A stretch of DNA of 64,000 nt from Eledone cirrhosa. Lineage: Eukaryota. Positions 25,601-40,062 of the stretch are shown here, one piece after another (position 1 is the stretch's first letter; each line of letters starts with the position of its first letter). Location of the stretch: contig OZ024742.1 in assembly GCA_964016885.1 (NCBI GenBank), positions 39,804,001 through 39,868,000 of the forward strand, written 5' to 3'. The position numbers and the translations under genes are program-made. Below the pieces are notes generated by a model that saw nothing but the letters and a program-made list of their open reading frames with translations, was not told the DNA's origin and did not search any database.

Positions 25601-28012
25601 GACGTTTGAAGAAGTCTGGCCGCGGTGTCCCGGATGGGGCATATGCGGCCACCAGCCTGAAGGCTCCACCTTAACTACCATCAACGTCTAGGACCACCAG
25701 TTGACCCTCCAGGTCCAGATGTACCGTCTGTGTTACGAGGCCCAGGTGTTTACGCAGCAAAACGGCAACTCCGCCCCCCCCCCCGGTTGACAGAGAGATG
25801 CGTAGATCTCAAAGTCATCGAAGATGGGGGCTAGCTGTCGCTCGCTGTGGATCCTGGACTCGCAAATGGCTACCACATCCATACTGTGCGACCTGAGGTC
25901 GTTTAAGAGTTTGCCCTGTTTCCAGGGCATCCCCAGGCCGCGTACGTTCACACATCCAACTCTTATATTGGCCATGTTGGTGCTGAAAAGTTAAAAGAGG
26001 AAAAGAAATCACTCACCCTTCGTCTCCTGGGGATCAGGCTGCACGATTTCCATGGGGGTGTTGGAGGGGTTGTCTGGGTGGGTGGTGCTTTCCGGCGGGG
26101 TGGGGACGGAGATGTTTGGTGGGGTGGGGTCTGGTGGGATGGGGGTGTCTGGGGTGGGGAGAGATTTGAGAAGGACGCGGTTAAGTGGTTTCACACAGGA
26201 ATTCCCCACATCCTTTTCAAATGTTTCTTTTAGGGACCTATAAGTTTGTATAGGGACCCTAATCAGTTTTAGGTTCAGTTTTTTGTTATTTTTAATAGAG
26301 TGGGCGAAAGTTTTCCCTTCGGTTTTCACACCTCTTGTGTGTGCTTTCGTTTTGTTGTAGGTATTTTGTTTTCAGGAGGTGGGGGTTTTGTTTATGATGT
26401 TTTTGTTGTTTGTGTTGGTGTTTCTATGTTTGTGGTAGTGTTTGCTGGTCTTTTGCTTTTGTGATGTCTTTTCTTTCTTTTCGAGCGATGGGGTTCTCCC
26501 TCGTCTTCACTGGGTGATAGCGAGATAGCCTCATCTGTTGTATCGTCTGTGTGGTTGGGGAGGGGTATGTCTTGGGGAGCTGTTGTGTCTGTATGTGATT
26601 TTGCAGTGGTTTTAGGTGGAGTGGGGTTGGGTGGGACTCTGTTTGTTGTGGTTATTTTTGTGTGTTGGTCTTGTTGTTGTTGTGGTGGTGTTGGCAGAAG
26701 AGCCTTTTTTTTACTCATTAATTTAGGACAGGAAGCCCTCAGGTGACCCCTGCTAAAGCAATGGTAACATGAAGGCCGCCTACCCTCAACCGAAAAGTTT
26801 ATGTAGGTGAGTCCGTCCAGGAGTACACGTTGTGGGATCATAGCTATTCGCTCTGGGCTCATTTGCACCAGAACTTCAACGCTAGTCCCATTGAATACAT
26901 CTCTGGGGGACTTTCCTACTGACAGTATTCTGTCTTCATCAAAAGTATCAACCATATGTTCACCTTTGGTGTGACACTCGTGATTTTAATCTTTTGTGTC
27001 CTTTTTCCCATGTATGTAGGGAAAAAGGTATACAGGTTGGATACAATTGGCGACACAGAGTAATTTTGAGCCGTCAATTGATCCTTCATGAGTACCGAAA
27101 TACTCCCAAAGAGTTTGCTTCTTTGAATGAATGAAATATCATTCATTGAATTTTTGAAAACCAGTCCAATTTCTTTCTGTGACAATTGGACTGGTTTTCG
27201 GGTAGAATTGGAAACTGTCCTAAAAACTATCGTTTTGAGAGCAGTTTCCTTGCGAATTTCTACTGGAGAATTGATGCTGAAAGCACCATTTTTTTCGAAA
27301 GTGACATATCTCCTAGCGTCCTTTAAAAGTTGTTCGGCATTTGTTATGTCGAGATATGTCAGTTCCTCCTTTTTCTGAACTGTCTGTTTTTGGTTTCTTT
27401 GTGGAATTATCCGTGTTGGTGGTGTTGTCATTATTGTTGTTATTGTTGTTGTTATTCTTGTTGTCACTGATGTTGATATTATTCGTATTTTCCTTGGTGT
27501 TGGTGTTGGTGTTGTTGTTGTCTTTGATGCTGGTGTTATTGGTGTTGTTTTTATTTTTTTCTTTGTTGTTGTTGTCATTGTTGTTTTTATCATCATTATT
27601 GGTGTTGTTATTGTTATTTTTGTTGTCATTGAACTGTTTGGCGTCATTTGTGTTGTTTGGATATGAATTTGTTTTTACAATTTCATTTCGTCTTTCCATC
27701 TCCATAGTATCTAGGGAAGAAGACGATGTTGACTGCGAGCTTTGTAGTCTTACCGCCTCTCCACCACCATTATCGTTGAACGCAGCGTTCATAACGTAAT
27801 CAAACTTCTTATTATATTTTTTCCAAAATTCGATGGAGAATAAATTTTTCAAACGAATATTTCGCCCCTGTAGGGGCGAAAATGAGTTGACCCACCACCT
27901 GAAGGTCCAGACGGGGGGTCAAGTTACACAATAATATAAAATTTAACTGAAAACTCACGTTTTTTCTTACATAAAATAACGGAAACTTCTCCGCGAAGTT
28001 ACACACGTCTGG
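22681..28012 (-). mobile_element. Near-full-length Tx1/L1-clade retrotransposon (Tx1 #2), frameshifted, about 350-bp RT deletion near 24720
   Basis: ORF1 pieces with VEGRRPSCYHCFSRGHLRASC; ORF2 from ATG 25975 (VNVRGL) to 22919; ends AATAAAGAAAC + (ATCT)n; (GATA)n at both ends. Confidence 0.92.
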
Positions 28013-28021
28013 TAGAGAGTG

Positions 28022-28096
<75 letters not shown>

Positions 28097-28589
28097 CATA
28101 CAGGTTCAGTTTTAAATATGCCCATGCTCAACTGCAGAGTAAAGAAAACAAAAATGACACCCAAAACACAGCATGTATTTGCAAGGGGACACCGGTAGGA
28201 ATACTATTCCCACGACACATTTTACATATTTTCACCGGACTGTTACGTAATTTCAGATACTTCGTTTCCAGTTAAAGAATCTAATGTTTTGTAGCTAACG
28301 TTAGTCAGTCAACGATCAAATACAAACATCGTGTCCCTTCTTGCTTCTCTGTGTTTGTTCCTTTGATTTATTTATATTGTTTGTTGTTGTTGTTTTGTAT
28401 GTATTTTTTCAGAGTCCTATTACTTTTTGGTTATATGTAACCAAACATTTGCGTCTCTTAGAAGTGGCATAAATAACGTACGGTTAGGTTGGGATAGGTT
28501 GGGCTGGTTTCGGCTGGTTTCGGCTCCTGTAAATATATGGAAAGCACACTAGTGTGCGCGTACACAGATGCTCACGCACATGCATACAA

Positions 28590-29080
<491 letters not shown>

Positions 29081-29119
29081 ATGTATATGTGTATATACAT
29101 GGGTGCATGTGTATGTATA

Positions 29120-29472
29120 TGCGCGGGAACATAGAAATAGTCGGGCTGGACACCCGATCGCCTGGTTAAACCACTGGGAGTGAAGGACCCCTAGCTTTTA
29201 TCAGGGCATTCTTCTAGGAGAAGGCAACTCAGGAAACTGGGATAACTCCGATATAAAACCTGCGGCTCAGTAGTTACCGATGATGTTGATCTTTTCTTCT
29301 TTTCGGGTTATAACTACTGTCGCTCAGAGAGTGGGATTGGCTCAGTGCACAGCCTTTCCTCACTTTACAAAATATCTTCACGCACAAGCATTGCACGATA
29401 GAATTAATTAATAATTATTAATAATGGTATATCGTGCAATGGCCATACTCGATAACGAGGGGGCAGCCATCA
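29120..29472 (+). mobile_element. Non-autonomous RTE-derived element, family B (complete copy)
   Basis: RTE 5'UTR-like head; hairpin cattgcacgata...tatcgtgcaatg; 3' end nearly identical to 19280-19322; (TATG)n tail. Confidence 0.75.
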
Positions 29473-29934
29473 TGTATGTATGTATGTATGCATATTCTTT
29501 TGCTTCGTTCAGTCATTAGATCATGTAATCCTCTCAGAGTGAGACTTATGTATGTTTAATATACACAAACATATTGTATGTTTCCATATACGCCTCTATT
29601 CTGAATCATGCTGTGTTAGTGCCTCTGTAAATTAACTAGATACCTTCTCCAGTTAGCCACTGGCAGCGACTTCTTAACATTCAATCCCACCTGTTTCATT
29701 AAGATACTGAATAGAGGCGGTCTTCGGGGCGTGTTCAGGTGTTCAGTTGAAGTAGTTGTACAAAACACACACTAATTAATATACATTTCCGTGACAGGTA
29801 AGCTGCTTAAAGCCTGGGGCATTCAACATTAAGTAGTCCACACACACACACACACACACAGCATAGGCCTTTACAAACCACAACACCGTCTTTTCTTTTC
29901 CAACAGAAGTTAGTACAATAAATTTGAAAGAAAT

Positions 29935-30160
29935 AAAAAAAATTATAGATTTATCATTGAATCTATAGTGGTGGAAACCTCTGGCGTCCTGGGTCCCCGA
30001 TTCCCCTCCCTACTCACTGATATCGAGGTGGAGTTGACCACACGCAAGAATAAGCCCTGTGTGTTGGAATGGCTTTTTCAACGCATCTCCTTTGCTATTC
30101 TCCGGGGTACCATCTTTTTAATTCTGTCTGCTGGGAGCATGAGGCAACGTATCTCTTGAA
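29935..30160 (+). mobile_element. CRE-clade retrotransposon 3' fragment
   Basis: IVVETSGVLGP...WLFQRISFAILRG matches the CRE RLE C-terminal motif (VET.G..G...QR.S.AI.RGN). Confidence 0.7.
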
Positions 30161-30317
30161 TACATGACTGTAGTCGAGAGATACGGAGTTCAATGTTCTC
30201 AAGCGATGGCTGGCTACTTTTTTCTGTCTACAAGATTATTTAACCCGATATTTTAAGCTATTATTTGTGGCAATCAACTGATGTTATAATTGTTTTCTAC
30301 GTTCAGGATTTCCACAT

Positions 30318-30360
<43 letters not shown>

Positions 30361-30404
30361 TATATATATATTTAAAAGAATGGAGGTGTAACACACGAGT
30401 TGTG

Positions 30405-30832
30405 ATATATTGGTAAGAGGAAAAGAAAATGCAGACAAATTGTTCCCAGTGAAAAATAATTTAATTAGGAATAAATAAAAATTAGTAATAAGTATTGGTT
30501 AGTATTCAGTTTTAGTTGTAAGTTTTTACCGGTTGCGCATTTCTAATGCTTTTCAAAAATAATTTTGAGATAGAGCACCCGTGATGTTTGCTCTAATCTG
30601 ATTAGTTTTGCAAATTCTACCTGTTTTATGTGAAAAAAGTGGCTCCAGAGGTATTAAAATAAGTTTCGCGCCAATTCGTGTTGCAAAAATTCTTGTGGTC
30701 AAAACAATTTTGATTGGTCGGTAGAGGTCACGTGAATGTTAAAAATTGATTTTGCGCCAAATGTAGGTTTGTCGAAGAGTGTCCTTTTTCGCCTGATTGA
30801 GAAGTCACTGAAAAATAAGTCTTTTAAGACAA

Positions 30833-30884
<52 letters not shown>

Positions 30885-30980
30885 TAAAGAGGTTCATTGT
30901 TGTGATAATGCTCAGTAGGGATGTGTGTGTGAATTGCAGTCATGTTGACAGGTCAACAGTTCAGGTGCCTATTAAGACAA

Positions 30981-31038
<58 letters not shown>

Positions 31039-31316
31039 CAGAGTAATTCGTGGTAGAGGGATTCGGTCAGTAGGAATGTGTCTGTACGTATGTGGGGGAT
31101 TTTTTAAGATGTTGAAAGATATATTTCAGCTCTTGTCTTATACGGAGAAGTGTGTGTGTGTGTGTGTGTGTGTATATGTCTCTTTGTATGTTAGTGTATG
31201 TGTGTGTGTATATATATATGTGTGTGTGTGTATTAGTGTATGTGTGTGTGTGTGTGTGGGTAGACCAGTATTTTTGTGATACTGGTAAAAATGGTGTACA
31301 TTATTCGATATTTTCA
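30405..31316 (-). repeat. Left arm of about 0.9-kb inverted repeat (inverted pLTR)
   Basis: Mirror ORFs 30736+ and 34526- give the same peptide start; the arms match block by block apart from (CA)n lengths and some substitutions. Confidence 0.95.
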
Positions 31317-33473
31317 CACCGACCCCACTACGTCCTAACTACTATGAAATGAAGGAAGACATCACAGACTTCTGTAGAAAGTTACGACTCAGTGAAGAAC
31401 TATTCGACCAGTACAATGAGGATGAATCATTAGCCAGAAATAGAAGCAACTACACCCCATCAAAAGGTAGAAATAAAATCCTGGACGAATTCTGTGAACA
31501 CAACACAAACTTCCCTTACCAACACGTGCACAGACAAAAACACAAGCCAAACCTCAACAAGAAAGAATGGGAAGAATTAAATAGATTAAAAACCGACAGA
31601 ACCATTACAATTAAAGAGGCTGATAAAGGGAGTACAGTAGTCCTAATGGAGACAGAATTCTATATCAACTTAGCGCTCTCCACTTTGGAAAACGAAACAT
31701 ACTACGAAAAGGCTGAAGACTACAATCAACAGAAAATTATGAGAAACCTAAAAACTCTGATCAACCAATACAAAGAAGGACTTACTAACAAGGAATTCAG
31801 CTTCATCACAGACTTCACAAGTAAATCCAGCCTTTTCTACGGTATCCCTAAAGTACATAAAAGCGAATTAATAAGTAAGGCATGCAAGGAAGCCACAGAC
31901 ATAGTCATCAATGTCCCCTCACCCAATGATCTCAAATTAAGACCTATAATAGCAGGCCCCGCTTGCGAAACCCACCGCCTTAGCAACTTCATTGATACCC
32001 TTCTCAAGCCTTTTCTCAAACCTATCAAAAGGGACGACCTAGATATGCTCAATCACCTCTCTAATATGCCCCTTTCTGAACAAACCCTACTAGTAACGTT
32101 CGATGTAGTCAACCTATACTCCAACATCCCCCACAAACTAGGAATAGAAGCTATCCAATTCTGGCTGGATAATTACCACAATGAACTTCTACAACGCATC
32201 AAAAAAGAATTCATGATAGGGGGACTCAAATTTATCTTGGAGAACAATTACTTCGTTTTCAATAACAAATCCTACAGGCAGAAATCTGGGACCGCTATGG
32301 GAACGAAAACAGCCCCCACTTATGCCAACCTAGTCATGGGATACCTGGAAATCACCCTCTACACTAAAGTACTAAACAAATTTGGAAACACTCTCCACTT
32401 ACACATAGAAAAGAACTGGAAGCGATATCTAGATGACTGCTTGATCCTTTGGCACGAAAACATCGAGAAGCTTAAAGAATTTCACACCCTTATAAATGGG
32501 CTCAACACGAATATTAACTTTACGATGGAATACAGCCATCAACAACTCCCTTTCCTCGACATCCTCATTAGGATACATAACAAAAAAATAGAAACAGACA
32601 TATACTACAAGCCCACAGACTCCAAGCAATATCTTCCTTTCAACTCTTGCCACCCTAGACACGTTAAAATCAATATTCCCTACAACTTAGCCAAGAGAAT
32701 CTGTACTATAGTCTCCAATAAAAACACCTGTTACTTACGGCTACAAGAACTAAAGGACACACTCATAAGCAGGGACTACTCTGCATCACTAATTGACAAT
32801 GGAATCCAACGTGCCCTAAAACTCAGTTCCCAGGACCTTAGACACCCTAAAGTAAATCAACCGAAACTAAAAGCTCTTCCATACATCTCCACACACAACC
32901 CCCTCAACAATGAGGCCTTTGACACCATCCTCCAGAACATCCCTGTGTTAAAAATGGACCATAGAATGAACCAAATCCTTCGAACACATGATATCATAAA
33001 GAGCAAAAGACAATCTAAGTCAATGAAAAACATCCTAACACATGCCAAAGTACTGCCAACCACAACAACGAAACCCACAGTAAAAAAAATGCGATAGACC
33101 CAACTGTGGCATATGCATCAATCTAATAGAGGGTTCGGAATTCTATTTCAAAGAAGGACAACGTTTTATAGTAAAACACAATTTCACATGCGCATCAGAA
33201 AATCTAATATATGTATTAACTTGCTCAGGTTGTCGAGAACAATACATAGGCCAGACCAAAAACAGCCTCCGCCAACGCATGACTGTCCATAGATCCCAAA
33301 TTAATATACGGGAATACAGGAAAATACCACTGAGTGAACACATTGATACCTGTGCCGCCCAAAAACATCCCAACTTTAGAATCTTTCCCCTCTACAAATT
33401 TAAAGATAATGCCACCCACACCCAGCGCATCAGCAAGGAATCTCACTTTATTAACAAATACGGACCCGTCTAA
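31317..33473 (+). pseudogene. PLE RT + Cys-rich linker + GIY-YIG endonuclease, frameshift at the A-run near 33085
   Basis: ADKG, FYGIPKVHK, LRPII, FDVVNLYSNIP, GTAMG, RYLDD, PFLD; after the shift CDRPNCGIC...FTCASENLIYVLTCSGCREQYIGQT...LRQRMTVH. Confidence 0.9.
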
Positions 33474-33885
33474 ACACTTCTCCCTGAGACGAACCCACAA
33501 CATACACACGTCAACATACATACCTACATCAGCATACATCCTACATGCATCTCAATCCACATATAAACACAATGACATACGTAAACACACATGTTCTATG
33601 GTGCAACACAAATATACACAAATTTGCATACCTTTTGATGTCTATAGATATAAACGTGCCGACACACACACACATATACGCACACATGCATTGCACACTG
33701 ATGGGCACATACATATTTGTACACAAGTATTCCCATACGGCAGGGCCTAATGGATTCCCCTTGCAGTACGTACAATCTGGACACTCACACACACCTTGGT
33801 GTTATGACAATACTATATATCATTTCACACCTTTTAATATTAATGTTTTTGATGTTCTCTTGAGAGAATCGTTTTTGCAAATTAC

Positions 33886-34920
<1,035 letters not shown>

Positions 34921-35605
34921 TTCAATGAAAAAAGAAGGCCGGACTCCAAATATTCTTTTAATGTTGCAGAATCACGAAATGTGTTTCTATGGCCGACAAG
35001 CCCACGTCATCAGATCATGACGCAAAACATATGGCGACGTCTTCGGGTGTTGTTCACGTTGTTCACATAAAAATTTAAGTAATCAGTTACTGGATTACAC
35101 CAAAATATAAACAAAAGATTGATACGAATGTGGTCTATTGGTCAGTGAGACCTCAGTGATATTGCCTCCGTATGCCACACATTCGACAATGCATTGTGGG
35201 TTCGTAGGCGTGATCGGGGTGGGGGCTTGACAACGACACATTCCGGCCAATCCTAAAGCCACTCAGAGTCAATTGTCTAGTGTATTTAACAAGGTCTGGG
35301 AGCGCCATGTGGTCAGTGATGGCTGCGCTAGTCCCTGACCGAAAACCAGCATGGCGTGACGGTAAATCTCTTAAAGGGTATCAAAATTAGTGAAACCTTA
35401 AAGTTTGCAAAGGTTTTAAAAATGATAAACCAGTGGTAAATAGTTAAAATTATAATAACAACGGATAAATAAATCAATAAAAAGTAAAAATGATTTAAAG
35501 AGTTATAAAAAGTGAATAGTTATCTATAATATAATAAAGGGAGAAGTGCGGGACAGCATCCGTTTTATATTTTTTAGTAAAACAAGTTGGATTACTTTGA
35601 ATAAA

Positions 35606-35792
35606 TAATTGTTTCTACTTTTGGCACAAGGCCAGCAATTATGTCAGTGTATTACTGGTACTTTATTTTATCGACCCAGTAAGGATGAAAGACAAATTTA
35701 ACCTCGGCGGGATTTGAACTCAGTCCGTAAAGGGACGTAACTGTGCTGCAAAGCATGGCGTTCGACCCTCCACCGATACTGCCAATCCACCA
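35606..35792 (-). mobile_element. Family A SINE
   Basis: Full core and B-box on the minus strand. Confidence 0.85.
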
Positions 35793-36867
35793 AATAATGA
35801 ATGAATATTATGTAATTTATCTACTAAATTTCGAAGCTCTTGATTAAACATAAATATTCTTATATATAAAGTATTGCTTATTTTAACACTCATTTTTTTA
35901 AATTTTCAAATGTCAACACTTCCGGTTAGTGCCCATTACATCATAATACTTATCACATCGCTTATATAAACGTTCATATATTTGCATCGTTATATAAGGT
36001 TTATATTTCCGTCGCTAATTTTCTCCTTTTTCATTTTCATAACATTTTAGTTTATTATATATGCAGTTTATATATAATATCGTCTTTTTTTAATGTATCA
36101 TGGATTACTTTACTGATTACAGAAGAGAGTGTAACACAGACTTCGCTCAATTTCTGTGCATATTGTCAATTACGATTTTATTTGACGCATCATATCTACA
36201 TGCATATATATTTGCGTATAATATCAATATGCACACTACACATGCAAGCAGAAAACCACCCGAAGGTAGTTCGTTAAAAGGTAAGCAATTAATTAAGAAG
36301 TAAGTGATTGGTTAACAAATATATTCGTTACATTTATGGGTTTATATTAAGTTTAAGTTTATGGTGAAAAACGTCAATGGTGCGGTCTAATCACGATCTC
36401 AACTGACCCGTCGTTTTCTATTCCTCGGGATCCAAGACAGGGTTCGAGCGACCAAGTCAATTCAATATATGAAAATTACGGAAAAGTTTCTTGAGCCTTA
36501 TGTTCAATCTATTCCAATCTCTCCGGGAAGAGAACCAAATCATGGAGTGCCAATAGGCAACTCGGAAGACAGTTACATGGTCAGTCCATGATACAACACA
36601 TAACAGATAACAGCTTATATGCATTATTAGTGTTGCCTCCTACTAATGGCAATATCAATGAAAAGGTGTTGTATATTGGTTGCCAGGAGATACCCTCCTA
36701 CATATAGGATGCTATCATTTAATTTTTATAATGAATAAATAACATTTTCGAAAAATACATAAGTTGAAACAAAACAGCGCAATCAATTTTTTGTGGAAAA
36801 ATATCTTATCTTCTCCAATAAATAAGATTATGTATTTTGTGAAATCCAGAGACTTTCAATAATAACC

Positions 36868-37321
36868 AGAAGTCGACCCTAAATATTACTGATAGCTCTA
36901 GGAAAGCCATGAACGACACCAAATCTTTTTAACTTTGATTTTGAAAGTAGGTTTATAATTATCAATTTTCACTTTATTTTTGTAACTGTCTCGGTTGCCT
37001 AATTGGGGGTAATCATAGACGGTGGTGATCCTGGTCTGAAGTTCGATCCTGGTCGGGAGTAGGGTTCCCAGTAAACCACTTCAGTTTTTTTCTATGGGTT
37101 GGAAAATAAAAACTGAAAAAGGTGACATGTACCTCTTGACCAGGATTGAACCCAAGGTCAGGATTTCCACAGTCTCTAAGACCTACCGCTAGGCCACAGA
37201 GACAACTACGAAAATCTTATGAAATTTTATACTTATAAACCTACTTTCAAAATTTTCAAAACAAAATGATGTGGTGTCGTTCATGTCTTAATGTTATTGC
37301 TCCTACTTAAGGTCGACGTCT
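36868..37321. repeat. Imperfect palindrome of about 450 bp with a tRNA-like module in each arm
   Basis: catgaacgacacc/ggtgtcgttcatg and ttttgaaagtaggtttataa/ttataaacctactttcaaaa; B-box gttcgatcc (+) and its mirror ggattgaac. Confidence 0.8.
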
Positions 37322-37439
37322 AAATCATTTGGGTGTTCCATAAACTACATCCTCGTTTTGTTTCACATCTATCTAGACTATATTTTAACCTGTAATCCAT
37401 GTTTCATTTCTGTTCCACCTCATCCCCCCCCCCCCTCAC

Positions 37440-37471
<32 letters not shown>

Positions 37472-37600
37472 TCTCTCTCTATCTCCCCCCTCTCTCTCTT
37501 TCTTTCTGTGATATTTGAATCTAATATAATTTAGGCTTACCTTATTCCTATATATATATGTTTTTGCATGTCAGTTAGATTCAAACTTACAATAATTGGC

Positions 37601-37641
<41 letters not shown>

Positions 37642-37847
37642 TAGCGAGAATCGTATTTCGGCTTTGGAATTACCGAAAAACAACTTCCGAGATGTGTGAC
37701 AAGCGCTTAATAATTCTGACGAACCAGAGCTACAACATACGTTAAAGGCCAAACACACTGAGACGATGGTTAAACCGTCATCCGCACAACCATAGAAACG
37801 ACCATATATATATATATGTCGATCGATTGGTTATTGATTAGGCGATA

Positions 37848-37957
37848 CCCGCTGATGAAGCCGCATAAGCCGATTGTGCATTGTTGCATAATATATGCAG
37901 ACAGATGGTGCAGTGCACCTTACTGCTGCATTAGTGCTGCAGAAACTCGAGTCCGGG
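37848..37957 (+). ncRNA. Type I hammerhead ribozyme motif (PLE-type, long stem II)
   Basis: cccg-CTGATGA-(about 83 nt)-GAAA-CTCGAG-TC-cggg. Confidence 0.7.
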
Positions 37958-38097
37958 AACCTTATAGGCACCCGTTTTACGTGTGTTGTGTTAAAGCAAA
38001 TAACTATGTGTATACTCTGGTAATGTATCTTACATTGCCCATTGAGTGCGCTGAGATACAACCGGTCATTGATAAATATGCTGGGTCCGTCAACCCT

Positions 38098-38148
<51 letters not shown>

Positions 38149-38151
<3 letters not shown>

Positions 38152-38903
38152 TGGCGGACTAGTTGCCAGATGAAGGGGATCCACCTACATATAGAATGCT
38201 ATCATTTAATTTTTATAATGAATAAATAAAACTACATAAGTGGAAACAAAATAGTGCAATCAAATTTTTGTGGAAAAATATCTTACCTTCTCCAATAAAA
38301 AATATTATGTATTTTGCGAAATCCAGAGACTTTCAATAACGACCTTTGGTCTTTCACACTAACTCAATATATATATGTATATATGTGTGTGTGTGTGAGA
38401 GAGAGAGGGTGTGTGTGTGTGTGTGAGTGTGTCTATATATATATATATACATACCACCCTCACCACTAATTGATTTGACAGATGTCTTTAACCCATTGAT
38501 ACCAAATATTTAGTCAGTAGTTCGTGTGTAAGTAGATAAATATGATAATATATATATGTGCTTGTCTGTCTGTGTCTATATATGTATGTTTGCAGGCATG
38601 AATGAATACACTAAGCTTTAGATTTAGTAGAATGTACAACCACTGATTCCAGCTATTTGCACTATCGTATATTTTGGTTTCTAATTATTCCCTGGGGAAT
38701 TGGTTGACCAAATGCTTTGCTTAATTGTTTTATTTATTTATTTTTTTAAATTCTATTCTTAGATTTCAGGTATTTTTTGAAAGCAAAGCTTTGGCCCCTA
38801 AGATACTACAGTGGACCCTGCAATGCTACTGTGGGCTCTTGCAATGCTACCGTGAGCCCCCTGGGGCCCACTTGCTATTTGTCAACCTGGCCAGTCCGCC
38901 ACT
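38149..38903. mobile_element. Putative non-autonomous hAT-like DNA transposon
   Basis: Termini cagtggcggact / agtccgccactt; GGGCCC-like subterminal motifs; no TSD verified. Confidence 0.45.
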
Positions 38904-38939
38904 TGTTGTAAATACATCTTGGTGAAGACCAAGGTGTGT

Positions 38940-39560
38940 TTAGTTCGGTACTCTGGAACGGACCTCTGTCAGTTTCGACGATGTGTTCCAGTTAGTTGTT
39001 TGATCAACGGAACAGTTCATGAAATTAACGTGTGATTACCTGACCATTCCACAGACACGTATAGCCTTAACGTATGACAAGACTGGCCCTTTGAATTGCA
39101 GGTACATCCATACGATGGGCGTCCAAACAGTTTCCATCTACCCAGATTCATTCACATGGCATGGGTCAACACAAGACTAAGGTAAATGACATGTCCAAGA
39201 TGCCAGTTGGTCGAACCCGGGACTTCTTAACCATACGACCATGTTGCGTCTACGCTCCACCAACTCTTTGATGCTTATTAATATGTAATCTTGTGTGTGT
39301 GCATCGTGTATGATGGTGCATCCTTCATCGGTATCGACGATGAGTGCTCCAGTTGTTCAATCAACCGAACGTCTGACTTGTAAATTAACGCATAAGTATT
39401 TAAGTATTCCACAGATATGTATGCCCTTAAAGTAATTTTCAGGCAGAAAATGAATTACTGAATTACATTTACAATCTATCCGGCGGGTTCCCAAACAGTT
39501 TCTGTCTACTCAAAATCACCCACAGGGTTGGTGGTCTGTAGTAAAAACATAATTTTATGA
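38940..39560 (+). mobile_element. Two degraded copies of an unclassified interspersed repeat (also near 54515, 61650, 62650)
   Basis: Shared motif gacgatg.gtgttccagtt...gatcaacggaac...gaaattaacg...attccacaga. Confidence 0.55.
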
Positions 39561-40062
39561 GCAAGCTATTCCGTTGCTCGAATACTGGAACACTCGTCGT
39601 CGAAACAGAAGTCCGTCCTGGATACATAGAGATTAAGGCAAAATGTGTATCCAAATTTTAGATAAGCACATGTAGAGATGAAAATACTTCAAGTAGATCA
39701 AATTAGGTTGCCGCACTAATTCATTCCTTTCCTTTTTTGCACAGAGTTTACGAAGCTGAAGCTTAGTACCACTGGGTGGAATGAAATAATTGCTTGAAAC
39801 ACAGCTGGCTGAATTGTTAGCATTCTTGCCATGTGGTTGAAGAATCTAAAATTCGTATCCTGTCAACTCTGTCGCTACATGGTCTTAGCACAGGAAACGA
39901 TGAAACTTAATACATACCCCTGTGTTCCAAAGTCCTGGCCTACTAACCACTCTTTTATATTACATTTATTCTATACATCACATTTGAACAATAGCGTTGT
40001 TGGTTAGTTGCTTCCACTGACCAATCACTGGTTCACTTCTGATATATATATATATATATATA

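Noticed and set aside
25976-26016. Mini-intron fusing Tx1 #2 ORF1 to ORF2
   Set aside because: Only about 34 nt, the product would be out of frame, and no acceptor exists in the other two families
34965-35025. Minus-strand hammerhead-like CTGATGA...GAAA (similar cases at about 55590-55650 and 37715-37800)
   Set aside because: Stems or the cleavage triplet are too degenerate to call; probably decayed PLE ends
35520-35580. Helitron-like termini (tctataatataataaagg...hairpin...tagt)
   Set aside because: Too short, no canonical CTRR end, no second copy in the window
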